64,000 bases of DNA from Candidatus Zhuqueibacterota bacterium. GTDB taxonomy: Bacteria > Zhuqueibacterota > Zhuqueibacteria > Thermofontimicrobiales > Thermofontimicrobiaceae. The number at the start of each line of letters is the position of its first letter. Position 1 is the first letter of the stretch. The notes under the pieces are model-generated. The model was not told where the DNA came from and made no database searches. It saw only the letters and a program-made list of their open reading frames with translations. The stretch lies in NCBI GenBank assembly GCA_049322915.1, contig JBMOPW010000034.1, forward strand, positions 32,001 to 96,000, given 5' to 3'. Below, piece after piece: positions 1-11,586 of the stretch. Made by a program: the position numbers and the translations under genes.

Positions 1-1
1 C

Positions 2-973
2 CTACTCCCGAATTTCTTGTTGTGGAGAACTGCGCAACAGCAGCGAAGGATTTTCACTGATGAGCCGGGTGAATTCATTGAAGTTTTCCAGACTTTCCCT
101 GAGTATTTCGGTGGAACTGATGATGTCGTGGCGGCTTTTCAGCAGGGTCAAATCCAGATGCGTGAATGTCTTATTGGTCTGCTCGATGGCCGCAGCCAAT
201 TTGGCGATCAGCTCCGAAAGCTTTGCCTGTTCCAGATCTGAGGAAATTCTCTCGACATTGTCTAGGGTTTTGGTCAATTGCGGCGACCTTGTGATGGCCC
301 GAATATCGCCCAACGCCAGATTGGAAATGACCATAAATGTATCCAGGTGGCTGGTAAATTTTTCGATATGCTGCAGCGTGTTGAAAAAACTGTTTTGATT
401 CGTATCGAGTAGGGTATTGAAGCTCTGCAAAGCATTGCTGGTATTGTCGACCAGTTTGAACAGCTTCTCCTGGCGCTCGGCCACGGTCATTTGAGCCAGA
501 TTATTCAAAATCATCTCCAGTTTTTCGGTGATTATCTCCGCCTTGCCGGAGAGATTGTCGACGATGGAATGGCCCGGTTTGATGAATGATTTGGGAGGGA
601 GCAGCGGCGATTCATTGCTGCCGCCCAGAATTTCAATCATCTTAATGCCGGCAGCGTAGCTGATATAATTGACAACGGCCTCGTTGTCCTCTTTGATCGG
701 CACATTGGGCGTCACAGTGATCTGCACGATATTAGATGTGACATCTTTGGGATCGATGTAAATATTTTCGATTCTGCCTATTCGAATGCCGCGATATTTG
801 ACCGGGGAACCAATTTCAAGACCGGCCAGCGAGAAGTTCTGATAGCGGATGAAATAGGTGGTCTTTTTCTTGAACACGCGCGTGCCGGTGATGATGGCCA
901 CTGAAATGAACAGCACCGAAAAAGCAGTCACCAGAAAAATACCCAGTCGTATTTTTTGTGAACGGGACACCAT
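2..973 (-). CDS. mlaD: MlaD/MCE family protein (ABC transporter periplasmic component)
   Basis: N-terminal TM (LGIFLVTAF...), MCE motif GLEIGSPVKYRGIRIGRI, coiled-coil C-terminus ending ISENPSLLL. Confidence 0.85.
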   Translation of the reverse strand: MVSRSQKIRLGIFLVTAFSVLFISVAIITGTRVFKKKTTYFIRYQNFSLAGLEIGSPVKYRGIRIGRIENIYIDPKDVTSNIVQITVTPNVPIKEDNEAVVNYISYAAGIKMIEILGGSNESPLLPPKSFIKPGHSIVDNLSGKAEIITEKLEMILNNLAQMTVAERQEKLFKLVDNTSNALQSFNTLLDTNQNSFFNTLQHIEKFTSHLDTFMVISNLALGDIRAITRSPQLTKTLDNVERISSDLEQAKLSELIAKLAAAIEQTNKTFTHLDLTLLKSRHDIISSTEILRESLENFNEFTRLISENPSLLLRSSPQQEIRE

Positions 974-1089
974 GGTAAAAAATCCTCATGTACATTGTGA
1001 AATCTGCTGCGCCAGCAATGTTGACCATTGCGCCAATTCCTGAGCCAGGGATGCTCTGACGGTTCATTGCAGTGAATGCTACGCACGAG

Positions 1090-1118
1090 AAAATAGCGAA
1101 ACCGCACATGAAATGCAA
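1090..1118 (-). promoter_or_regulatory. Putative sigma70 promoter for mlaD
   Basis: Minus strand TTGCAT-17 nt-TATTTT. Confidence 0.45.
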
Positions 1119-1192
1119 GCTAAAACTTGGATTTTAACAGGATTTAAGATTTGACCGGCAGCATAATTTTGATTGAAAATATCACCTGGAAA

Positions 1193-1960
1193 TTATATGC
1201 CTTCTCCTCGCACGACAACCGACAGCGTTTTCAGAATGATCGCTAAATCTGTGCGCAGTAACTGCCAGCCAGTCTTTGCGCGGATGGCATCGTAATACTG
1301 CCGATCCAGTTGCACTCCTTCGAACATGAACTGCTCGTAATTCTCAAGCGCGCGATAGTCCTTGTTCAACTGGTAATACCCGGTGATGCCGCTTTTCAAT
1401 TCATTCCGGAACTGATAATCCAGCTTCTGACCGGCGATGGTGACCCGCCCGGCTTTGTCCGGGAGATTGCGCGGATCGTACAGCGCCACCGGCCGCGGCC
1501 CGACAATGGTCATTTCTCCGATAAAAATATTAAAAACCTGGGGCAATTCATCCATATAGAATTTCTTGAGCAATTGGCCGAAGTGAGTTTTTTCCGCTCC
1601 CTGGTCTTCCCTCCAGTATTCCGGATGCCGCTGAAAATACGACCTGTCCTCCGGCGACAGCAGCCGTTCAATGTGCGCGATCAGGCCAGGAGAGAATGAC
1701 TTCTCATGCGACGGAGAAATGCGACTGACGCGAAATTTAAAGATGATGAAAATGCGGCCGCATGTTTTACGAAACACCCGATGAAAAATTGGCCCTCGGT
1801 CATTCGGGAAAAACAGCATGTTCAGCGCATAGCCAGTGATGATGCCAATGAACAGCGGGATAAGCAGCAACAGGAGGGGGATCAGCAGGGCGAGATCCAG
1901 CATTCGTTTGAAGCGGTGAATGGCGGCCATGCCATTGCAATGATGGTTCGGTCGTGTCAT
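1193..1960 (-). CDS. Bacterial sugar transferase (phosphoglycosyl transferase, Bac_transf family)
   Basis: KRMLDL, KFR, DELPQVFNIFIGEMTIVGPRP, SGITGYYQ, DLAIILKT motifs. Confidence 0.85.
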   Translation of the reverse strand: MTRPNHHCNGMAAIHRFKRMLDLALLIPLLLLLIPLFIGIITGYALNMLFFPNDRGPIFHRVFRKTCGRIFIIFKFRVSRISPSHEKSFSPGLIAHIERLLSPEDRSYFQRHPEYWREDQGAEKTHFGQLLKKFYMDELPQVFNIFIGEMTIVGPRPVALYDPRNLPDKAGRVTIAGQKLDYQFRNELKSGITGYYQLNKDYRALENYEQFMFEGVQLDRQYYDAIRAKTGWQLLRTDLAIILKTLSVVVRGEGI

Positions 1961-1978
1961 ACGCCTGTCGCAGTGAAA

Positions 1979-3265
1979 TTACTGCGCCTCGGGAATGGGC
2001 TTTCCATGCGGGTCGCTCTGTTTTTCGCCCACGGTCTGAATCAATTTCGTCTCCAGATCCTCTTTGATGAAGTGCTCCATGCGATTGGCCGGCTCATGGA
2101 CATGATCCGAAGGCAGGCCGCTCTCATCAAGGAACGTCTCCCAGAGCCTGTGTCGTCGCACTAAACTCGCCGCTTGTTTCATTCCCTCCGGTGTTAAAAA
2201 ATACTGCTGTTGGGTATTGGCCTGAATATACTTTTTCCTTTTGAGGGTGAACCAGGCTAACACAGCGCGCAGCGCGCCTTCTTCTGTCTCACGGAAAAGC
2301 TGGGCGCGGGTCATTAGCGCAGCCGCTTTTTTTTCCGATATGCGATACAGGGATAAAAGGATATGGTCGACGATGACGTTGATTGACAGTAAAAAATGGT
2401 TGAATGCTTTGCTGGCCAGGCCATGCCGGGGGGAAAAAATGAACGCTGACATGAACAGCAGCCCGGAGATGACCGTCATGACCGCAGCGATGGAGCTATC
2501 CCACACCACAGCGACGAAATAGCCGGCAGTGGACGAAATGACTCCGACCAGAACGGACAGCCAGAGCATGGTTTTCAGGTTATCGGTCAGTAAGTACGCC
2601 GTTGCCCCGGGGACAATGAGCATGGCCACGACCAAAATCGCGCCGACGGATTCGAACGCGGCGACTGTAGTCATGGAAACAGCGGCCATGAGCGCGTAGT
2701 GAATCAGTGTTGCATTGATGCCAATGGAGATCGCCATGCCCGGATCGAACGATGAAATCAGCAATTCCTTGTAAAAGAGAAGCACGAACAGAAGGTCGAT
2801 GAAAAATACGATTCCCAACAGCCAGACGGGTCGCGGCCCTAAAGACAGATCGCCCCAGCTCAGCAAATCGAAGGGAGTATAGGCGATTTCACCGTACAGC
2901 ACGCATTCCTGATCCAGGTCAATGTGCCCGGCGTAGAGGGAGATGAGCACCACTCCAAGCGCAAACAGCGCGGTGAAGACAATGCCGATGGAGGCGTCTT
3001 CCTGAACGCGCCATCGCCGATTCAGCGTTTCAATGAGAACTGCGGTGAGCAATCCGAACGCCGAGGCGCCAAGGATCATGGGCAGAGTGCTGCGGCTCCC
3101 GCTGAGCAAAAATGCAATGGCAATGCCCGGCAACACCGAGTGACTGATTGCGTCGCCAATCAGGCTCATTTTTCGAAGGACAAGAAAGGAGCCCAATAGC
3201 CCGCAGGACGCCGCTGCCAGCGCGCCGGTCATGATGATCCAGAATGCCATAGTGAATTCAGACAT
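1979..3265 (-). CDS. Mn/Fe/Zn ABC permease (TroD/MntD-like) fused to C-terminal DtxR-like metal-binding/dimerisation domain
   Basis: GDAISHSVLPG, ESVGAILVVAMLIVP; C-terminal RRHRLWETFL...HVHEPANRMEH...DPHGKPIP; ATG 3265 has an AGGAG RBS. Confidence 0.88.
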   Translation of the reverse strand: MSEFTMAFWIIMTGALAAASCGLLGSFLVLRKMSLIGDAISHSVLPGIAIAFLLSGSRSTLPMILGASAFGLLTAVLIETLNRRWRVQEDASIGIVFTALFALGVVLISLYAGHIDLDQECVLYGEIAYTPFDLLSWGDLSLGPRPVWLLGIVFFIDLLFVLLFYKELLISSFDPGMAISIGINATLIHYALMAAVSMTTVAAFESVGAILVVAMLIVPGATAYLLTDNLKTMLWLSVLVGVISSTAGYFVAVVWDSSIAAVMTVISGLLFMSAFIFSPRHGLASKAFNHFLLSINVIVDHILLSLYRISEKKAAALMTRAQLFRETEEGALRAVLAWFTLKRKKYIQANTQQQYFLTPEGMKQAASLVRRHRLWETFLDESGLPSDHVHEPANRMEHFIKEDLETKLIQTVGEKQSDPHGKPIPEAQ

Positions 3266-3397
3266 AGATAACTCCTGGTAATGCCAAATCAATCTTAACG
3301 TGCGCGTGCTTCTTCACTTCGTGCACGAGTGCAGTACCGCTCACCTCAGGCGATTTTGCGGATGGCTGCTTATTGCGCTACAGGTTGATCCGTTGCT

Positions 3398-4687
3398 TCA
3401 ACCGTGAATATTGACAATTTTCTCGGTGTCAATTCCCTGGCTCTTGAGAATTTTCTCCAACTCATCGAGCACACTGGGCGAAAGGATGTGTTCCATCTCG
3501 TCCGCGTCGCGGTGGACATGGTCGGAGCGCAGCCGCGCCCGATGCACGAGATAGTGTTCCCACAGGCGATGCGTCTTTACAATGTGAAGTGCTTCTTGCT
3601 GGCCAGACGCTGTCAGAGCGATTGCGCCATCCGTCATCTGCACGAGTCTTTTTCGCTCCAGCCGACGGATTGTTCGTCGCATGGTGGCTGGCGACTCATG
3701 AACCTGCCGGGCCAGGTCATCGAGCGCTACTGCCGCTGGACCGGGGCGCTGCTCTCGCAGTTCAATGCAAGCCCGCAGTACGTGCTGCTCGATGACCTGC
3801 CGCTTGTTGTTTCGATGGAGCTGCCATTTGGCGAATAAGCCTCGTTTCGGCGCGGCAATCGCGGAGATAATGAAAAACAGTGTGGCAGTGAGCACCATGA
3901 CCGGGCCCGTTGGAATGCGCGGCGCCATCGCGCTGAAGAACGTCCCGGCAACGCCGGAGATGCCGCCAAAAATCGCTGCTGCAAGCACCATCCGATTGAG
4001 ATGGTTGGTCCAGAACCGGGCCGCCGCCGCCGGAGTGATGAGCATGGCGGCCATCAAAACCACGCCCACTGCCTGCAATCCCACCATTACAGCCAGCACC
4101 AGCAATCCCATCAACAGCAGATCGATGCGTCTGGCATTGAACCCAAGAGAGGTGAGATAATCCGCATCGAAGCACAGCAGGCGAAATTCCTTAAAAAAGA
4201 GCAATACGAAAATCAGGACAGTGAGAGAGATAGCACCCATGACCAGCAAATCATCTGTGACAAGCGACGCCGCCTGTCCGAACAGGAATTTATCCAGGCC
4301 GCTCTGGTTGCCAATGGGCTGGCGCTGGACATGTGTGAGCAGCACAATGCCGACGCCAAAAAACACGGTCAATACCAGTCCCAGCGCCGCGTCCGGTTTG
4401 ATTCGGCTGAATTGGACAATGGCCTGGACGAGCAGAACCCCGACGATCCCTGAAATCGACGCGCCCACCAGCAATGGCACAATCGATTTTGATCCGGTGA
4501 TGAGAAAGGCGATGACCACGCCTGGAAGCGCTGCATGAGCCAATGCATCGCCCATCAGGCTGCGTTTCCGCAGCAGGGCAAAGGAGCCCAGCAGACCGCC
4601 GGTGGCGCCCAGGAGCAGCGAACCCAACAATACAAACTGCACGTTGGCATCGCTCAGGCTGAGAAATCTCAGGATTTCCTCCCACAT
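3398..4687 (-). CDS. Mn/Fe/Zn ABC permease (TroC/MntC-like) fused to DtxR-like HTH and dimerisation domain
   Basis: GDALAHAALPG, GLQAVGVVLMAAMLITP; C-terminal HTH-like segment and HRLWEHYL...HVHRDADEMEH. Confidence 0.88.
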   Translation of the reverse strand: MWEEILRFLSLSDANVQFVLLGSLLLGATGGLLGSFALLRKRSLMGDALAHAALPGVVIAFLITGSKSIVPLLVGASISGIVGVLLVQAIVQFSRIKPDAALGLVLTVFFGVGIVLLTHVQRQPIGNQSGLDKFLFGQAASLVTDDLLVMGAISLTVLIFVLLFFKEFRLLCFDADYLTSLGFNARRIDLLLMGLLVLAVMVGLQAVGVVLMAAMLITPAAAARFWTNHLNRMVLAAAIFGGISGVAGTFFSAMAPRIPTGPVMVLTATLFFIISAIAAPKRGLFAKWQLHRNNKRQVIEQHVLRACIELREQRPGPAAVALDDLARQVHESPATMRRTIRRLERKRLVQMTDGAIALTASGQQEALHIVKTHRLWEHYLVHRARLRSDHVHRDADEMEHILSPSVLDELEKILKSQGIDTEKIVNIHG

Positions 4688-5463
4688 CACAGTTTCCCCC
4701 CGCTTCGTCGCGCCACTTCCTCCGAAGCCTCCGACAGGATCGCAAGCTTTCCGCCGTAGGTCTTGTTTAGATTCTCCTGGGTGAAATGCTCCGCAGTGGG
4801 CCCGGCAGCGACAACGCGCATGTTCAGCATGATGACCCAGTCGAAATATTCCGGCACGGTCTGCAAATCGTGATGCACCACCAGCACCGTCTTGCCGTTC
4901 ATCTTCAAATCCATGAGCAGTTGAATGATGGCCTTTTCCGTGGTCGCATCCACACCGGCAAACGGTTCATCCATGAGATAAATTCGCGTATCCTGGGCCA
5001 GGGCGCGGGCTAAAAAAACCCGCTGCTGCTGTCCGCCGGAAAGCTGGCTGATCTGGCGATTGGCAAATTCTATCATGCCCACGCGCTCCAGGCATGAATC
5101 GGCGAGGATCTTATGGCTTTTCGTTGGCTGCCGGAACAGGCCCAATTTTCCGTAGACGCCCATCAGCACAACTTCCCGGACAGAAACCGGGAAATCCCAG
5201 TCTACCGATTCCCGCTGCGGGACATATCCCACGTGCAAGCGCATGTCCTGGTATGGCTGACCATAGATTTTCACCCAGCCGGACGCTTTGGGAATCAGTC
5301 CCAGAATGGCTTTTATCAGGGTGCTTTTGCCTGCGCCATTCGGGCCGATGATGCCGACCAGTTTTCCTTCCGGAATAGTCAGGTCCACATCCCATAGAAC
5401 CGGCTTTTTATGATAGGCAATGGTCATGTCATGGACTTCAATCGGGAAATTTTCATTCTGCAT
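4687..5463 (-). CDS. Metal ABC transporter ATP-binding protein (TroB/MntB-like)
   Basis: Walker A GPNGAGKST, YVPQRESVDWDFP, LSGGQQQR, MDEPFAGVD, VHHDL. Confidence 0.93.
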   Translation of the reverse strand: MQNENFPIEVHDMTIAYHKKPVLWDVDLTIPEGKLVGIIGPNGAGKSTLIKAILGLIPKASGWVKIYGQPYQDMRLHVGYVPQRESVDWDFPVSVREVVLMGVYGKLGLFRQPTKSHKILADSCLERVGMIEFANRQISQLSGGQQQRVFLARALAQDTRIYLMDEPFAGVDATTEKAIIQLLMDLKMNGKTVLVVHHDLQTVPEYFDWVIMLNMRVVAAGPTAEHFTQENLNKTYGGKLAILSEASEEVARRSGGKL

Positions 5464-5647
5464 GTTTTACCTCAATCATCTCGCGCTGAATTCAACGCCG
5501 TTACGGCGCGTATCTCAATCTGTTTCACTCCCAACAACAAACACTGCTTCTGCGGAAGCGATTCTTTCCAACCTCAGTTCAAACAAACGATTCAATGGTA
5601 TCGAAGCCATCTTCGTTGAATGACTCTCATTGTCCCTGTTTCACTCT

Positions 5648-8356
<2,709 letters not shown>

Positions 8357-8419
8357 GTTTCTTCCTTCTGTTGATTCACCAGTTTGAGATAGAACCTAAA
8401 AATCGTCGTTTTGTCCATT

Positions 8420-8534
8420 GCCCATTTTTCGACGGTTAACCGAAGCCATTCGTGGAACAGCCAATGCCGATTTCTTCATCGTGATGAGCCGCCCTTTTAC
8501 TTTGCGGTGAGGGCTGTTTCCCCGTCAATTGAGC
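8420..8534 (-). ncRNA. Candidate riboswitch, divergent yybP-ykoY (Mn2+)-like leader of the P-type ATPase
   Basis: About 180-nt 5' UTR; closing helix UUGACGG/CCGUCGA; GGGGAAACAGCC resembles GGGGAGUAGC; UCAUCACG...CGGC L3-like segment; gene context matches known yybP targets. Confidence 0.5.
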
Positions 8535-8540
8535 AGGCAA

Positions 8541-8569
8541 AATATATGCATATTTGACCTCTAATGCAA
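8541..8569 (-). promoter_or_regulatory. Putative sigma70 promoter for P-type ATPase
   Basis: Minus strand TTGCAT-17 nt-TATATT. Confidence 0.6.
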
Positions 8570-8725
8570 GGGTATTTTGTTCGGATTTTCACAGTAGATG
8601 TTTCACTGCGTTGAATCGCATTGGATGAGTTCATTGAAAATTAACCCGGGCTTTGTCATCTATTTTTCACATGCAGTTTGTACATAGAGCCACTGGTCTT
8701 GAACGTCAATTGAGCGAAAATTATC

Positions 8726-8754
8726 TTGACAATTTACTTTTATTACTTTATTTT
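8726..8754 (+). promoter_or_regulatory. Putative sigma70 promoter
   Basis: TTGACA-17 nt-TATTTT. Confidence 0.55.
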
Positions 8755-8829
8755 TATACCGTTCCCGTGGCAAAGGCTAATCAGCTTCAAATTTCATATT
8801 ATTCAATGATCTTTAAGAGGAGGAAAATC

Positions 8830-9021
8830 ATGGCTGAAATTCAGTGTTCCCAATGTGCGTTTCGGGCGAAATATGACAATAATCCCAAATCCTTCCTGGG
8901 ACGATTGTGGCGCTGGCATGCGAACTGGTGCCCGGGCTGGAAGGAATACATGAAGTCGCTCTCTGAGCAAGAGCGAAATGAATTGGCCAAACGCTATCAG
9001 TTGAAAAAGTACCTGGCTTAA
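8830..9021 (+). CDS. Small hypothetical protein with CxxC and HxxWC motifs (63 aa)
   Basis: Strong GAGGAGG RBS before ATG 8830; CSQC...WRWHANWCPGW. Confidence 0.75.
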   Translation: MAEIQCSQCAFRAKYDNNPKSFLGRLWRWHANWCPGWKEYMKSLSEQERNELAKRYQLKKYLA

Positions 9022-9621
9022 ATCCTGCATCAACCCTGCGCTGATATCCCGTAGTCCGGGCATACCAGCGGTTTGTTTCAGCGTGCGCTCTCCGTTCGGA
9101 TGCATTGAAGGCGATTTCCCTGGTTCATTCGGAAAATGCATCCGGACTATCGCGCCGAAACGCGGAGATCGCTCATTGGACATTATGTCGAATGTCACTG
9201 AAATCTTCAGGATAAGTCGGCCTTTGATGTCACGTGCTCTCAACTCAGAATCGGCGACTGGCTCTCACCGTACATTCTGAAAGCGCGTTCTGCGTTCATG
9301 CGCCGGCGCTATTTTTTTCCGGCGACCTCTGCTGCAACAATTTTCACTCAAAAATACCTCTCTGATATTTGACTATCTTTTAATAATAAAAACATTAATT
9401 TTCAGTTTTCGATGACGATAATAGTTTAGACACGTATGTCAAAAATCGCATCCATCACTGAGGCGTAAATCCGAATGTGCCTTCTCAGTATTTACTCCGG
9501 CAGCAAGAGTGTCTATGTTTCGGATCTGAAAAGGACGCCTTGCATAACTTCCAACGCTCAAATCAATTAACGGTTCTCTTTTAAAATGGAAGCGTCACGA
9601 AATTTGTTTAAGAGGTGAAGG

Positions 9622-10212
9622 ATGAAAATAAGTCAAAGAACCTTTGATAAACCACAAAACGAAGAATTTGGAAAGGATCAAAAAATGGAAAAAACATTTA
9701 ACATCAACACATCAAGCCCCACAGCCACCGTGACCGATTCAACAATGATTTTTGAAGGGATACGATTTGTCGGGGATATTTCAGGTACTCATGATCTGTA
9801 TCTGAACGGTGAAATTGAAGGGAGCGTTGATCTGTCCGCCAATATGACGATCGGACGCACCGGCAGATTCAAGGGCGAAATCAAAGCTCAGAAAGTGATG
9901 ATTGAAGGCGAAGTCGAAGGCAAGGTTCATGCGTTAGATAAAGTTGAACTGCGCGATGGCGCCAAATTCAACGGCGACACAACCTCGCCATCGATCATGA
10001 TATCCGACCAGGCCTTTTTCCAGGGCAATGTCACCATGGTCGTGAATAAGCCAAATCAGGCAAGCACAACGAAGAAGGACAGCTACTCAAAGGATATGGA
10101 TAAAGAGAAATCCATGGATGGAAAAATAAAGATCGTCGACGATATATCCTCGTCACCTGAGCATGAAGAGAAAAGCAGCAAAAAATCCAAACTGATGGAT
10201 TCGTTCAATTAA
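9622..10212 (+). CDS. Bactofilin (polymer-forming cytoskeletal protein)
   Basis: Beta-helix repeats IRFVGDISG..LYLNGEIEGSV..IGRTGRFKGEIKA..IEGEVEGKV..AFFQGNV; GAGGTG RBS. Confidence 0.88.
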   Translation: MKISQRTFDKPQNEEFGKDQKMEKTFNINTSSPTATVTDSTMIFEGIRFVGDISGTHDLYLNGEIEGSVDLSANMTIGRTGRFKGEIKAQKVMIEGEVEGKVHALDKVELRDGAKFNGDTTSPSIMISDQAFFQGNVTMVVNKPNQASTTKKDSYSKDMDKEKSMDGKIKIVDDISSSPEHEEKSSKKSKLMDSFN

Positions 10213-10278
10213 AAGAGAACGCTGTGACCACGCGTAATGGTCGGATTAAATTAAGACTTGATTTGTATTTACCAGAAG

Positions 10279-10309
10279 AAAAAACCCTTGATGACCTCAA
10301 GGGTTTTTT
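10279..10309. terminator. Bidirectional rho-independent terminator
   Basis: AAAAAACCCTTGA-loop-TCAAGGGTTTTTT between convergent genes. Confidence 0.8.
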
Positions 10310-10392
10310 ATTAATAATTACCATTCTCAGGATAGGGGAGATGGGACTCGATCTGCAATTGCAGGTTTTAATTTGAGCCATCGCTGCCGTTG

Positions 10393-11544
10393 CTAAAAAA
10401 TGGTGTAGCCGTTGTTCTTCATCAGGACCATGGATTTTTCGTTCTTAAAATTCAAAATAACCTGCTCAATGTGAATTCGGGGCTGAGTCTCAGGGATGTA
10501 AATTCTATCGATATGGACCACCTTTTCGATAGAAGTGAAATTGGCGGCGCCAACGGCGCCACCGAAATGATCGCTTCTCCCGAAGGCGATATGCAATCCC
10601 AATTTTTCGTCCAATAAAATTTCACCGCTGGGAAGCACGCCAAAATCCTTCAGCACGCCAAATCCTAACTCTGCAATATTCGCATAGGCTGGTTCCGACG
10701 CAATGTATTTCGCCTCAGCGTCTGAACGGGCGCCACGACTGATCACCTCTTTTGCTGTGTTATTCTCCAATCGGTAGAGCACAACTTCATCGTCGAATTG
10801 AACCGGCAGGACGCCGGACGATTCGCTGGCCGCATCTTGCTCGCCTTCGTAGGGCACAATGTAACTTTCACCGCTGGGCAAATTTCCGGCTGTGCCCGGA
10901 TCAGGCAATCGCCCGCCGCTGGCATGCGCTGTACGAAAACGGAGGTCGAAGTGGCAGGTATACTCCTGCTTTCCATCGACTAAAAACTGGACGTCCAGCG
11001 AATCGGCTTTGTCCAGCAATTTCTTTATTTCAAAGACGCGGCGATTGATCTCTTCGTAATCCAGCCGCAGGGAAGGAATCATTTCAGCAGTGAACCCCGG
11101 CATTGTGGCCGCCCTGAAATTGGATTTTTTAGCCAGCAGCTTCAGAGGCGCTGTCGCTGAAAATTGTGTCGGCGCTAGGATGATCTGGCAGGTATCCAGA
11201 TAGGCGGCAAAATCGAACGGAATGCCTTTGGACAGAAGCGTTCCGGCAGTGACGGTCGCAGCAGAGCCGTTGTAACGGAATGCCTGCTTTGGCAGATCCG
11301 CATTGTTGCTGTGCACATTGGGGTAAAAGACCAGATCAACGTCGCTGAGCTGCAATTCGGTTTTCGCTTCGCGCAGCTTGCCGTGCCACTCACTCGCCAT
11401 TTCGCGGCGCATGCGCCATTTATCGATGTCAGCGACTTTTTCATCGGGCACATCGATGAGTATGGCCAAGCGCCTGTCGTCTTTCCCGGGCGAAAAAACA
11501 GAACGTACCAGATTGATCAATTCGTGGATAGTCAATGTTTCCAT
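10393..11544 (-). CDS. Thermophilic metalloprotease (M29)-like aminopeptidase
   Basis: ATMPG, GNLPSGESY, NIAELGFG, DEKLGLHIAFG, HID motifs. Confidence 0.7.
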   Translation of the reverse strand: METLTIHELINLVRSVFSPGKDDRRLAILIDVPDEKVADIDKWRMRREMASEWHGKLREAKTELQLSDVDLVFYPNVHSNNADLPKQAFRYNGSAATVTAGTLLSKGIPFDFAAYLDTCQIILAPTQFSATAPLKLLAKKSNFRAATMPGFTAEMIPSLRLDYEEINRRVFEIKKLLDKADSLDVQFLVDGKQEYTCHFDLRFRTAHASGGRLPDPGTAGNLPSGESYIVPYEGEQDAASESSGVLPVQFDDEVVLYRLENNTAKEVISRGARSDAEAKYIASEPAYANIAELGFGVLKDFGVLPSGEILLDEKLGLHIAFGRSDHFGGAVGAANFTSIEKVVHIDRIYIPETQPRIHIEQVILNFKNEKSMVLMKNNGYTIF

Positions 11545-11586
11545 TTCGTGAACTCCTTTTGTAAATGACGATGCACATCGCTCAGA

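Noticed and set aside
3266..3397. REP/MITE-like element between the two permease genes
   Set aside because: Only a weak inverted repeat (CGTGCGCG/CGTGCACG), with no second copy recognised in the window.
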